The notes beneath the pieces were generated by a model. That model saw only the letters and a list, made by a program, of their open reading frames with translations. It was not told the origin of the DNA and did no database searches. Positions 1 to 13,210 of a stretch of DNA of 64,000 nt are shown piece after piece. The stretch comes from Dipteris shenzhenensis (lineage: Eukaryota). How positions within the stretch are numbered: position 1 is the first letter of the stretch; each line of letters begins with the position of its first letter. Made by a program: the position numbers and the translations under genes. Location of the stretch: assembly GCA_047967505.1 (NCBI GenBank), contig CM106538.1. One strand, given 5' to 3'.

Positions 1-1099
1 AAGGCGTAGGATGACTTGAGTGAGTGCACAAGTACACAAAAAGTGAGTTGAACACAAGCACTAAAAGAGTGTTGGGTTCATTCCTACAAGAGAGATTTAT
101 ATATGAGTTTTGATGCTCTCTTTAGAATTATTCTCTCTAGAATCTCATATTAATCCGTCCCTTACATGTCTTGCATTGTCTTGGAATAATCAAAACTCAA
201 TTTGGAGCTTAGAACAAAAGTTCTTATGCTAGCTTTATCATGCAACACTCTAGTGAACCCTCTCACCCTCTCTCTTACTAGATCTAGTCTTCTTTATCTA
301 ACAAGAACATTGAAATTCTTTAAAAGCATCTAGATGTAGTTGAGAGTGTTGTGGTCAAATCTATCAAATATTCTCACATTTAATTTATTACAACCAGAGC
401 TTTGCTACTATCAAACACAGTCGAAGCTAAGGTAGGGGAGAAGGAGCTCATAGGTGGGCATAGTGTTCTCATCACTTATTCTCAGGAGCTCGTCAAATTT
501 TGTAAAAGCTTCTATTAGAAGCCTACACCATGAAGGAAAGAACCCAAGCCAAGATGGAGGCAATAAATGAGTGCATAAACACCAACCCCACTTTATTTGA
601 AGGACAAGAAGGCATATTAAGTCTATTGAGCTCTACAAAAGTATGAAAGAGATGAATAACGATATAGTCCCCATCATGGACGGCCTACTGAGAATATAAA
701 GAGAATTGACAACGAAGCTTGCCAAAAAGAAACCCATTTAATCAAGACACATCACCCTACTCAATGTCTCCTTAAACCATCAACAAAGTGCTTAGTAAGA
801 AATCACCTAGTATTGAGTAAAATCATCAAAATTTCTTGATCTATTTTCCCAAACACATATATATCCTAGATACTAGGAGAATTTGCTCATTTTATTGACA
901 CATTGAAGATTTATTTTGCGCTTCACTTTTTGTCATGAACATTACATACTAAATAAAATTCATAAATTGACTCCTCCATGATGGACGATTCAATGCCAAT
1001 TTCAAAATCAAATTTTAAACTCACATGGCGATTCCAAAGTGGGACAAAAGAATGGTGTGTATGTGTAATTTTTTCATCCATGATTATATTTTTCCCTTA

Positions 1100-2920
1100 G
1101 TTTGTTATGTAGATTGAGCATGGTCAATTGCTTCCACATAATTCTGAATATGCAACTGCAATTCCCGATGATCGGAGTGACGAGAGTGACCAACTCGGGA
1201 TTAGCAATGTTTGCTTCACACTGAGCTCCCATATCTTCTGCACGTATACCCAACTTTGCTGCGATCTCAGGTGAAATGAAATTCCCTCGAGCTCCCGAAT
1301 CAAAGAAACTAAGACACGATTGATCCCTGATCTTTCCCCCAGCCTTGCATTTCCTCTTTATGTTCATGCTTTTCCTCTGAAAAAGCCTTCCTCTTCCGAT
1401 AAGGACATTCATGGGCTTTATGGCCTTCCTGCTTGCAAATAAAACACTTGTGGGCTTCAAACAGTGCCTGCTTCTCCTAGGGAGACAATCGAGGTCGTGA
1501 CAAAGGCTTTCCACGCCTCTGGCCTGCAACAAAGGCTGATTTTGCTGGTTTTTCGAACCACTTAGCCTTTATTAAATCCCTGGCATTACCTTTGTTTCCC
1601 AAGCTGTTTTTGAACCCACTGATCCGTCTGCATCAAAGCATATGCTATATTTGCATTCTCTATGAGTTGGGACAGATTTGTCACCTACGTTTTTGTGCAA
1701 TAATCCCTTCTCTCTTTAGGCAATCCTCAACAGTATTTCTCAACCTGCTCAGAGAAGGGAACCTGACAGTAAGAACTGACAGGTAACAAGGCATCCCAAA
1801 ATCTCTTGTTTTATTCATCCAAATTTCTGCAACCCTCTGCATTAAGCTGATGCACTGAGTCATAATGTCCACTTCAAAACGTGGTCGTCAGCCATGCCAC
1901 CTTAAAAAACTGCTTAAACTTGACCCATGTCGCGGGAGCTTTTCATTGCAAAAGTAAATTAGTCTACCAGTGAAGGGCATTACCCTTCAAGAAAGTGGCA
2001 GCTTTTTTTATTTTTGAGCTCTCAGTGAAGTTACCTCCGGTATATGCAGCATCAAACTGTTGCAAATACATCAAAGCTTTCAACCGGTCTTGCATCCGAA
2101 TCATCTGACTCATCAAACTCCTCATCCTGAGGGGCTACATGCATTGACTCAAGGGGAACATGCTGTCCCGCACTAGGTGCATCATACAGTCTGTAAGGAC
2201 TGTTTGTCAGTCCGTACAGGTTGAAAAACACGCCGTACAGCAGCAGATAGGCGCCAGGAGGAGCTCCAGCAGATCACAGAAGGTGCTCCTTGACTCGGGC
2301 TGCGTGCAACAGGGCTGGATGCAAGGAAACAGAGAAAAACAGCAGCAAAACAGCGACCAGCAACCTCTGGAAGGTTTGGCACAGCAAGGAGCAGGAGAAG
2401 ATGCAGAAGTGGGTCAATTCTAGAGCAGGCCCTTGGTTTGGACGCCATCTGCCCTAAAGGAGGGGAAAAGATGCTAAAAGTGGAGCTGGTAGGTTGCATG
2501 CCTGACACGTGGCACATTAGGGGCAACTTTTGACACGTGGCACATTAATGCCCCTAACCCTCTATACCAAGGAAACGTTGGTTTCCTAGGGCAACTTTTA
2601 AAGGCTCTAACCTCACTAACCAATAACAAACATTGGTACTGTCTAGGGGCAACCTTTTAAGCCTTTTTAACCCCTCTTCCCATGTGAAACTTGGGAATCT
2701 ATCTGGGGGAAAACTTCCTAGCTCCGTCACACCCCTCCGCGAGGTCAAAGTGATGCCATGCCTAGATTCTAACAGTTAGGTCTAGCCAGTGTGTCCGGTT
2801 AGATGTTAACACTAGGGGCTTTCAGGAACTCATCACTCCTCTAGGCCAGTCCCCCATGGCCAAACTGGTTACAAACTTAGTCATAGCTTATTTGCTTACA
2901 AAATTCACGTCCCTATCACA
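1100..2920 (-). mobile_element. Degenerate Ty3/Gypsy fragment (LTR start, gag, protease)
   Basis: Protease motif FFDSGARGNFIS at about 1270-1310; gag remnants 1700-2100 resembling those of the other chromoviruses; terminus TGTGATAGGGAC at 2920 resembles the LTR start at 31840. Confidence 0.7.
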
Positions 2921-4703
2921 TCTTTTTTGTCTTCCTCTTTCCTATGGATAGAGAGTATAGTCTAGACATCTTAGACCAAGATGCACCTTTCATACTCTAA
3001 TGAGCGTTTTAGTACCCAAATGATATGTTGTGTACAGCTCCTTTCTTTTTCTTGAATAGAATTTCACTATGTTGAAAAAAAGAAATATAATTTGTGATAC
3101 CTTGGCTAGGAACAATCATGTATAATGTGATAGTGGGAAGAACTACTCTTCATCAAGAAATGTTTTCAGTATATTAAACAAAATAGTGCCTCAATGTACA
3201 AAGATGTCAGCTATTGGACCAGCGAATTAATGAATTGTGCAACTATAGTCAATTATAGAGCCTTGATTCGTTCAATGCATGGACCTTGAAACAATCTATG
3301 AGACTTACAAAGAGCTTCAGAGGCTTCCGTATTCCTGACAAGGGTTCTTCACAACAAGGCCAAGGGAGGACTGTGCATGTTAAGGATGCCAACAACAAGG
3401 ACATTAGTAAATGACATTCAAGTCATGCTTCTCCATATGCTGTCTAAATAATAGAGCTTCAATGGCTATATATGTTGCGAACAATTTGCAAGGCACTGCT
3501 AGATAGAAATGGTCCCTAGCTTTTTGAACAGGGGCAGGAACTCCCTCTATTCGGCCTTGCTCATGAGCGTTTTTTGTGAAGCAGATCTACTCTCCAATCA
3601 GCCCCTTGGGCTGCCAACAATTGAGGGCACACTGCACTCCAATCAACTCATTGGAATTGGTATTTGGAGAGCCCTTTGATTGTATTTTTCTGTTTTGGGA
3701 GTAATTTGTGACACCAGAGTTTTAGATCCTTCGCGGGCAGCAACGATACCATTAACTTTGTGCTTCTATGGTTGATGGTGCCCCTTTCCTAGGATAGTCC
3801 AAGGAACATTCTTTTCTCCCTCCAAGTGTTTCAATGGTTTGAGCACAGGTTGCTCCCCCAAGATAATTAGGTGTGTGTATTACATGCTGGAGAAACTCAC
3901 TCTTGAAGTTGTTTCTAGCACGTCACACTCAAAGTGAAAGGTCACCCTCCTACTACGCCGGTAAGTCATCATGCTCCTTTGCTAGAGCTTATATTTTAAG
4001 GAGCAGGCTTTTTTGGGTTTTTCATTAACCAGTAGTGAGGATTGGGATTGACCTTCGTCTCCCACCTCATGAGCAGGGTTTTGAGAGATCGCGGAAATTT
4101 GGGAATTTTTTCTCCCCTCTGTTGTGTTGGGATTTTGGAGGTTTTCTGTGGAGGCTTGGGATGGAGCTCTCCCGAGTCCCACCTCTGCTGTAATGAGTAT
4201 ACCTCGGTACTTCGTTGTTTCGAATTGACTTTTTTGGTTAATGCACTACTAGACACCTGTACTCTAGTGTAAATCCAGTTTTGCACAACTGGTGCACATC
4301 GAACAAGGCTCCAAACGAGCCTTTTCCTATATATGTACCTGTTTAGTATAACAAATTGTGGATCTGCAATGCTGCTGATGACAGCCATAATACGAACTAG
4401 AATAAGAAGTGATCCTTTGTTAATTCTTATCAAGCTACCAAAAATCTAGGACAAAAAAAAAAGACTCGTAGACAGCTTGAAATATGGGAGAATTTTTCAC
4501 AAGAGATTTGATAATTAAGCTGCTCCGTTTCTTTGAGATAACATATACGGCACCCCTGTGGACTGTAGTCCAAAGAATCACTGACTAACATCTCATCCAT
4601 CCCAAAAAACACTTCATCAACCGAACTTGTTTGCACATTTGACCTCTTTATACAGAGAGAACACATGAAAACACTTGATGAACTCGTAATGACCATTGCA
4701 CTC

Positions 4704-4871
4704 TCACTCAAAAATTGATGCTGCTATTTTTTTTAATGATGCTGCAGTAGACAAAAGTTCAGCTTCTGTATGACCGGCAGAAACAGCCAACCTTAAAGCT
4801 GCAGGCAGTTTACACTTGTCCAACACTGAGCGCTTTGTCACTGCTATTAAGACAGACTCCTTGCTTAGCAT
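4704..4871 (-). CDS. LCB1: LCB1 exon 11 (terminal)
   Basis: CAG acceptor; MLSKESVLIAVTKRSVLDKCKLPAALRLAVSAGHTEAELL...IFE then TGA. Confidence 0.95.
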   Translation of the reverse strand: MLSKESVLIAVTKRSVLDKCKLPAALRLAVSAGHTEAELLSTAASLKKIAASIFE

Positions 4872-4974
4872 CTGCAAACATGCCACAATGGTTGAAATGT
4901 ACCAAACATAATAAAATTACCTGCACATATGGAATTTTTTAAACACGAATCAACCTCATGTCTGCAGACCTCAC

Positions 4975-5102
4975 CTGATCTGCAATCTTCTGCAGAACTC
5001 TGCAATCCTCCGTAAAAGAGCCACATGTGTGTTTCAATTGCAAAAAAATAAGCGGAGATGATCGATGACTTTTGATTAAAAATCCAGGTATTTCCAACAA
5101 AG
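4975..5102 (-). CDS. LCB1: LCB1 exon 10
   Basis: CAG acceptor; (A)LLEIPGFLIKSHRSSPLIFLQL...KIADQ; GTGAG donor. Confidence 0.93.
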
Positions 5103-6047
5103 CTGCATGCAAAACACCCACCACCAAATTATTGGTGAGGCCACTATTAGTGAGCATCCTCATGCACTGAAACATGCATCCATCTCATTTGCCACATTAT
5201 TGGTGAGGCCACAACTAGTGTTCTTCCTCATGAACTGAAACATGCATGCACCTCACTTGCTACGCCTACGCTATTGAACCCCAAACAAATCATCACATCA
5301 TCAAAGATAGCTGTCACAAGCCCGCGGTGGACTTGCTAAGTTTGCTCATTCCACTCATACCATGGCCAATATGGAGCAGAAAGACTCCTCAAAATCCCTT
5401 TCTTCTCCTGCAACCTCGACAAACCCTGTACTCTACAATTGCTGCCTCAACACCCTCTCCCTATGCAAGGACATACCACCAAGGGGGCCTTAACCGCCGG
5501 CGCATCATTGGCCCCCAAGAGCAGAAACACGAATAAAACCACAATTCAGGCTAAGATCAAGGAGCATGAAGCAAATGCAATGTGTTCAACGATGAGGGTA
5601 AACACAAGGAGACTCTAGAACACATCAAAGCAGCCACCCCTAGCATTGATGGACCGGAAGAAGATGAAGATGGGATAGATCCCACAACTAATAATCGTGA
5701 TTCTAGAGGGCATGCCATAATCACATTTACCACACTAGATATATGAATCAAGCTTCTATGCCAATCTCACAAGCTGACGGGGGTAGTCAAGATATGGGTA
5801 ACCGAAGAACTCAGATGAGCTCGACTGAACCAAAAGGCAATGGAATTAGCCAAGGTCAAGGCTGCTAGGAGGATGGAAAATGGGCAGTATATCATCAGGG
5901 TGTGGCCCTCATCAAGGAATTCAAATCAAAACCAAAAGACCCTCAATGTAAACAAAAGCTGGTTTATATACTGACACACCTTCAACTACTTATTGATTTA
6001 TTTATTTCATGCGCATACATATAGGTAGTAGATGTGTGCATGCTCAT

Positions 6048-6048
<1 letters not shown>

Positions 6049-6100
<52 letters not shown>
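6049..6100. repeat. (CT)n microsatellite
   Basis: Direct reading. Confidence 0.98.
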
Positions 6101-6103
<3 letters not shown>

Positions 6104-7922
6104 GGAGTCCGGACAGACGAGATCATGAGCACTATCGGGGTCAAACAAGGGTGCCCATTATCACCTACCTTGTTTGGCCTCTACATCGACAAGCTCGAGA
6201 CGGTAATGTAGGCACAGGATTGAGTAGGCTGCTCTCTCGCAGGCACGTTGATCCGGATATTACTTTACGCAGATGACGTGGCTCTCTTGTCTTCCTCAGC
6301 AGAGGGGCTCCAGAGACACCTTGACGCACTACAGTCCTTTTGTGAGTCTCATGATTTGAAGGTCAACTTGGGTAAAGCCAAGGTTATGATCTTCAATACG
6401 TGTTGAGCCATTATGCGCGATGAGCATTTCGCATTTGATGGGTCTCCTGTTGAGGTAGTTTCATCATACACTTATTTGGGGGTCGTCTTTTCCGAACCCA
6501 TCTTCACCATGAGACCCACGATGCAGGCGCGCCTGAGTAGAGGATATGCTTCATTGGCTAGACTAGAGAGATAGTGCTTCCGCTCTCACTTTCAGGATCC
6601 ACGAACCAAAGGGTTTCTTTTTTACTCCTTGGTCCGCCCAGCAGGGATGTATGGCAGTCCATGCTAGGGGCCAGACTTGTCAGATATAGAATGGGCCAAG
6701 GTGGAGCGGCTACAAGTTCTCATGTTATCACGGATGATCCGTGGTAAGCCATCCGTCCCTCACCAGATCATTCGGGCGGAGTTTGGGTCACCCCCATTAC
6801 AGCTAGATGTTGCATTTCAAGTCATTACATATCTGTACCGAGTCAAGGAGTATGGGGATTACACATCCGAGCGTAGCAGGTTACCATGGCTAGCACTGTC
6901 CTCTTCTATGGCACTTGCATCAGGGGGAGATCAGAGGTGCTGGTGATGCACGCACAAAGAGATGGTTTGCAAGACTAGGGCTCCATATGGACAGACTACC
7001 TCCTTTCCGGTACAGCATGGATGCTCCTTTCTCTCCCCTCCTATCACACGAGGTCAACCAGGTTATCCGTGAGGATCTACTCCAGCTACACACATTCCGG
7101 ACTTGGTTAGGCCCGAGTGATCTTCCAGTGAAGCTGGGCTTCTAAAAAGATCACTTCTTACATATCACAGTGGAGGGTTTTATTGATCCACCAGGATACA
7201 CGCAGATTCACCTACCCCACTCACTGAGGATCTCCCTTGGGCAGTTCCGGGTCTCTTCACACAGACTTCGTATCGAGAGCAGCAGAGCAGAGCCGTTACC
7301 CAGGGAGAGGCACATATGCACACTGTGTGACATGCAGGAGGTTGAGACAGAGGAGCATTTCATCTTCAGGTGTCCTGTTTACTATGAGATTCGAGGGCGT
7401 TTCTACGGTCTCTTCAGAGATAGTTATGGGATGTTGGCCCGTTTCCTCTCCTACCTAGACCAGCGATATTTCGTTGGTTTCATTCATGAGGTGCTTAGAC
7501 ACCGCGATAGGATACTCCGAGCTCGGAAACATGAGCAGAGTTCTCCCTCGACTGATACCTCTCAGAGCTCTATCACGGAGTTCTTTCAACCAGATCACAT
7601 AGACCCCCACAAGGCGAGACCTCGACATAACCGTGACCCAAAGCCTGTGACCCGACAGCTCAAACAGAGAATTGACTCACAAATCATACTTGGGGACATC
7701 CCCTCCTTGTTTAGGGTCAGAGCCCGACCGACGGGGGTCACAGTGGCCTTGGTTAGACGCAGAGCTACGACCCGAAGACGTACCAGGACCTCACCCTTGA
7801 GGGGAAGACAGTGTTCTATTGCTAACCTCATGCCTCCACTTCCACAGCCCCATCCATCTTGATGTCCTACTGCTGACGATGATGATGATGATGATGGTTA
7901 TGATGATGCCGACGATGATGCT
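6100..7922 (+). mobile_element. 5'-truncated non-LTR retrotransposon (L2/CR1/RTE-like LINE), disrupted
   Basis: RT motifs QGCPLSP (about 6145) and YADD (about 6265); C-terminal CTLC...EEHFIFRC zinc motif in ORF 7170-7862; (GAT)n tail at 7860-7922; internal stops. Confidence 0.85.
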
Positions 7923-8131
7923 AAGATTGATATATATAGTCGAGATATGACTATGTTGTACTTAGGACTTAGTTCTGCCATTTTGCTTTTTTTTGCATTC
8001 TGCATTGGTGTGGATGCTCGTTTAGTAGCTCCACTACCACATCTCATTGTATCAAGTTTTTCACAGTCTCATAGACCCATCGCTCTTCCAAAGACTTTAA
8101 TAAACTTTCTTTCTTTCTTTCTTTCTCTTTT

Positions 8132-8135
<4 letters not shown>

Positions 8136-8170
<35 letters not shown>
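8136..8170. repeat. (GT)n microsatellite
   Basis: Direct reading. Confidence 0.98.
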
Positions 8171-8171
<1 letters not shown>

Positions 8172-10698
8172 GCTCAATCAGCTTGTTCGTCATCTTGGCT
8201 ATCCTTTGGGATGGACCATCACTCGCCGTCAGAAAACAGATTGGGTACTTGCAAAAGCTCAAGAAGAAACTAGAATATTGGATGTTAGCCAATTGGCCTC
8301 TTCAAGTTCAACTCTGAGTTGTACAATCAATTGTGGTGGCCAATATTCAGTTCTTTTTGCCTTTGATGATGTTTGACAAAAAGACATCATTTCTTTCATG
8401 TCCGCTCTTATGGAGACTTCCTGGCGCTCAAAGCATGGCCATAAGAGTATCAGATTACTCTCTATGGACCATCTCTGTTCCCCAAAAATGCACGGTGGCT
8501 TGAACATATTAAATATTCACATCCATATTTTGGCACATAAAGGGAAGATGATGCTGGAATTTTTGTAGGATGATCAGCCTACTTTTCACAGTCACCTACT
8601 TTTCACAGTTGACTACTGCTGCTTTTTGGCAATAACATGCTGTTGGAAAGATCACCTCCCCATCTGTAAGCCCCCAAATGAGGAGAGCATGGGGGAGGGA
8701 GACCTAGGGCATCTCCCTAGAGAAAAGAGGGAAAAGAAGGGGCTGCCGCATGGAATGCATGATGGCTGTCATGAGGGCAGCACATATGAAGAGATACCTG
8801 GAAATGGAAGGGCTTCTTAGCGGGCAGATCTGGCAGAAGGAGATCCAGAGGCTGTCCAAAGGGAGAGGGGACCTGATTACGCAGGAGATACAGGGCTGCC
8901 ACGTCGCAGGGTGCTGCAGCAGGAAATGCGCCTACCAGGGCATCCAAGTAGCCAAAAGGAGCAGCAAATGGGCATGGCCCTTCCCTTAAATAAGGCTGGG
9001 CTGGCTGGTCGGCTGGCCAACCAGGTCGGCCAGCACACAGCCCTAGAGAAGTGCCCAAACACGGGCTTGTGGGGTCAGTTTTGGGGACAGACTGGTCGGC
9101 CATTAAGGGGCTGCCAGTCAGCTATGTCAAGGGGCCCTTGGGCCTATATACGGGGGCCATTCAGCCCCCACAATTCATCCAGCAGAGCAGAAAGGAGCAG
9201 CAAAGCACCATCCTTGGGGCCTACATCCAGAAACTGAAGGAGTGCTAGTGTTGCTGCAGACATAGCTCAAGTGTGAGGCTGAGACTTGGCTGTCTTCTAG
9301 GGCAGCAAGGAGCTGAGGTCAAAGGACAGAGAATCTACATACGCTCGAGGTGGAGCACGCGGGCTCAAGTCTAGATATATCCGGCAGATAGTAGAAGTAC
9401 ATGGTGGTAAGATCAAAGGACCACGCTCTGGTGGGACTTTGGATCCCTCTCTCTTTTGGATTGTGTCCATAGCTTTGGATGGAAATATGTAATATTTTGA
9501 GAGCTTCTATATCTGGCTGGATCATTGTCTATTAATAACTCTGCACATCCATTTGATGCACATAAGTTTAAGAAGTTTGTGATTCCACTCCCCACACACT
9601 GTGTGAGCTCCTGGGCTATTCTATCAATCTTCCGCTGCTGTGCATACCCTCTATTGGTCCACTTCTAACACATCCCACTCAATGGGACTTCATTCTGGGT
9701 TATATTGATGGCATAGTTAAAGGCTGTCCTTTTTCTTCCAAAATGTTTTTGGCCTAGAAAGAGATTCTTTCTCATCTTCAATCGCATGGTTGTGACTCTC
9801 TAGATGGGAATTCCTGCATGCTGAGAGTCTGCACTGGTTTGCAGGAACCCTAGCGCTCATATTTTATTTCATCAAAAGGGATTACTTCGGTCGATGATGT
9901 GCCTCATGATGATTGTACTTTATTATCTTTTCCTTTGGCGGCCATACAGTATATGCGTCATCGACCCCTTTGGCACTAATTTTCTCATATGCTTCATTGC
10001 TTTTTACTGGTACCCAAGTTGGAGCTTACGTATCGCCTTACTGATTGGACCTTACATCGCCAGGGTTCTGCTACCCACCCCTTAAGCCTGCCCTATATCT
10101 CTGTGGCTGGTTTGTACAGGGTTTTGATGCCTCCTCCTTCGATTTCACACCATGGAAATCAGCTTTAATCTTTGAATCATAATGCCAAATAGTGGCGTGA
10201 AAGATTGTACACAACAAGTTTTTCTATGGCAAGTGATGCTTGGCATTATTCTTTTTGGCCAACTCTTGGCACGTAGGCATATTGCTCCTGCTCTATGTCA
10301 CAAATGTCTTGCTCCCAGGGAATCCTCGCTACATCTTTTCTTGAATTGCCCTACCCCCCGTGACTTCCTACTATTTCTTCAACAGCGCCTCCAAGCCCAC
10401 TTTCCTACTGCTTGCTTTGGCATGCTTTTTGGAACTTCGACGGAGGGCTGATTTTCGCATGGGTTCGATATTCGACACTGTGGACTCTACGGAAAGAGAG
10501 AAACCACAAAGTCTTTGGAGAGCCTATTTCCCAATGTTGCTCAGGCAATCCTTTATGATTGCATGTTTGTTCCTCAGATAGATTACACTGTTTACTTGTC
10601 TTACAATGAAGTTTTCTCATCTTGTAGTTGGCGGTTTCCACTTTGACGACCGCCTCTTGTAATATAAAACTATATGGTTTTCACCCAGAAAAAAAAAA
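8171..10698 (+). mobile_element. Degenerate L1-type LINE 3' fragment with poly(A) tail, interrupted by a solo LTR
   Basis: GGLNI motif at about 8495; zf-RVT-like CHKC...HLFLNC at about 10295-10350; AATATAAA then an A-run ending at 10698. Confidence 0.7.
8641..9670 (+). mobile_element. Solo LTR (Copia-associated family)
   Basis: TGTTGGAA...TTCTAACA termini; flanks CATGC/CATCC (4/5 TSD); TATA at about 9145; homologous to LTRs at 17204, 29598, 47968 and 52779. Confidence 0.85.
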
Positions 10699-11058
10699 GT
10701 GTCCGCCCGTTTGTGCATATGTGTGCGCATGCATGAAACTACATATGTAGATACATACTCATATTTATATGTATATGTATACCTGTCCTAGGCATGCATG
10801 CAAGCCTGCACATGAATGTTTGCTACCCATATTAACATTATCCAAGTAAACCATGCACTACTTCAACCTTAGGATGATTACTTAGACAGCCTTGATATAT
10901 AATGACATATGCCAACTTTTGAAAGATAAAAATAGAAAAGCAAAATATAATATAATCTCATTAAAGCCCATATTCCTTTCATACTCTTGCATCAACCAAA
11001 AGTCCGGATCACATAAAAATCCCCCAAATTTCTTGAATGCTGCGAGAACTAGAATTAC

Positions 11059-11200
11059 CTTTCCAAAAAACTCCGATGTTCTGTTGCAGCTTCATTAGAA
11101 TCTCAGGATTTTCCTCCAAAACATTTAGAGCAGCTATTGTAGCTGATGCCACATATGGAGGCAATGAGGCTGAAAAGCAATAGCCTGCACCACTAAGACG
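11059..11200 (-). CDS. LCB1: LCB1 exon 9
   Basis: CAG acceptor; [20 protein letters not shown]...FWK; G/GTAATT donor. Confidence 0.95.
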
Positions 11201-11405
11201 CTGCAATAACATGGTCAAAGTTAGACTTGTTTATCCGGCTCCCTCCCAGAATAGAGGACTATCATAACAATGGGCATGAATCCTTAGAATGCTTAGAGAT
11301 GTTGAGTGCAATCAAGAAGGAAAGTTCATAAAACAAGCAGCCTTTATTTGGAACAATGTGGAATTATTGTCGAGATGAATACAGAGTTTAATTCAAAAGA
11401 CCGAC

Positions 11406-11501
11406 CTGATGATCTACCACTTTTGCACTACCTGTGCAAAAGCCTCCAGCAGAAGCTAAAGCATGCCCCATACCAGCTGTGATGATGTCTACTTTCTCCA
11501 C
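11406..11501 (-). CDS. LCB1: LCB1 exon 8
   Basis: CAG acceptor; [34 protein letters not shown] donor. Confidence 0.95.
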
Positions 11502-11610
11502 CTGGAGCATATTTTTGAAAAATGAGCAAACTTTCCAGATCTCCTTTCCACCACAAATATAAATGATATAAAGGTGTACCAGAAAGACAGGAAGGCTTAG
11601 CATCACTCAC

Positions 11611-11751
11611 TGGGATGTTAGAAAATTCTGTCAGACCTCGTCCAGTCTTTCCCAGGACTCCAATTGAGTTGCTTTCATCTAGAAGAAGCCTGAATCGATA
11701 TTTTTCCTTCAAATTGATAAGTTCAGCTAAAGGAGCCATTTGACCTGAACT
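11611..11751 (-). CDS. LCB1: LCB1 exon 7
   Basis: CAG acceptor; [11 protein letters not shown]...[32 protein letters not shown] donor. Confidence 0.95.
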
Positions 11752-11849
11752 CTGTTGCCATATGCATCAAACAGTTTCAAGACAATGAATGCCAGGCCAA
11801 GATATGTCCCATCTCAAGAATAAAAATCTTTTAAAACCCTTTGTCTTGC

Positions 11850-12030
11850 CTGGTAAATTGCTTCAACTACAATGAAGCGCCGATTGAGGACCTTTCTCTT
11901 TCGCTGATCTTCCTTATGATTTTCTTCCAAAAGAGACTCCAAGGATGACATGTCATTATGCTTGAACAGTTTCACTGTGCTTCTAGACAAATGCAATCCA
12001 TTTTGGATCCCCCAGTTCACACCTTCATCC
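11850..12030 (-). CDS. LCB1: LCB1 exon 6
   Basis: TAG acceptor; [17 protein letters not shown]...FKHNDM...VEAIYQ; non-canonical CAG/GCAAG donor. Confidence 0.92.
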
Positions 12031-12202
12031 CTAACATGTATCCGACAGTGGTGAGGCTTGATAAAAGCATATGGTAGGACACAAATGCCAACATATGAGA
12101 CAGCAGAAGATGAAAGACATGAAAATGAACAATGCTTTGCAAATTGAAGCTCGTTTAGATTGCCAAACACACGCATATTCCAGTAGACAGGGATATACTT
12201 AC

Positions 12203-12335
12203 GCTAAAATCAGATCTCCTCGCTTGCAGAAGGCTGGAATACTGCTTGCAGCAGTAGCTAAAGCATATGAGTATAATATTGAATCTGGTGTTCCCATAAA
12301 CTTTGCGATTTTCGCTTCACAATCCAAATGAACAT
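12203..12335 (-). CDS. LCB1: LCB1 exon 5
   Basis: CAG acceptor; (D)[43 protein letters not shown](A); GTAAGT donor. Confidence 0.95.
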
Positions 12336-13137
12336 CTGGCACCCACAAATTTGAGAAGATCAAGAAACAAAATACTACATCACATTCACATAGTTCTGGA
12401 AGAAATGGTTTTCCTATTGATCCTTGGATGGTTTTCCTATTTATAGAATCACTTGGTCCTTGGTTTAATCTGCTAGATATTCAAAAGTTTGCATCATTTA
12501 TGCCATGTCAAGAACTTTCATAGATGACAAAATTCAAAAGCTCCTTGCATTCTTGGCAATTGAAGCTCTTTTTAGAGTAAATACCATCTGAGCATACATA
12601 GGATATCATGAGCGTCACAAGCTAGTTAACATGAGGAAAGAATATAAGAAGTCGAATGCTTCAATCAGACATCCATGCACCATATTTTCTTTACAAGGAT
12701 ACTACATAATTTTTTCCCTCATTTGAATAATGGGGTCACAAAGGAGCCTGTCAAACTACTCAAAGAAGCATTTTTTACGCACACAGACCCAGTAGAATTG
12801 AAGATTTTTAAATGCACTTTCATTTAAAATATGTAATCACAAGGGAGCCTGTCTCAAATAAGCTGCAGTATCATATAGAGATTTTGTAATGGCTATCACA
12901 GTCCTGCCTGAGGCTACTTTCAAAAACCGCATTTCTAAGATTGTACTACGGATAAGTTCCTCAATAATTATCTTTTGCCATGCAAAGCATTATCTGGGAT
13001 ATCAGTTAAAAGAGTCATTACAAAGTGCAAGCATTGAAAGCCAGGCCTTCACAGTTCATTAAGATGCACTTAGTACACATGCAACAACCACCCCAATCCA
13101 AGAATCCAGAATGCAAGACGGAAGAAGAATCACCAAC

Positions 13138-13210
13138 CAATAGTTCCATAGAATCCCCGGGGGCCACAAGATCCTACGCCATACCTCTCCAAGGAGGCAG
13201 TACAGACATC
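13138..13210 (-). CDS. LCB1: LCB1 exon 4
   Basis: TAG acceptor; DVCTASLERYGVGSCGPRGFYGTI; G/GTTGG donor; not in the ORF track, read manually. Confidence 0.95.

Noticed and set aside
1-1070. Possible ancient Gypsy RT/RNaseH remnant
   Set aside because: Too degraded to show an unambiguous motif.
2950-4700. ORFs downstream of LCB1 (e.g. 3996-4433, 4430-4711) as a separate gene
   Set aside because: No recognisable domain or splice chain; probably 3' UTR and decayed TE.
11455-11475. Missing PLP-binding lysine (AGMGHALA) as a sign of a dead enzyme
   Set aside because: LCB1 subunits normally lack the catalytic Lys, which LCB2 supplies; plant LCB1 has MGHALA here.
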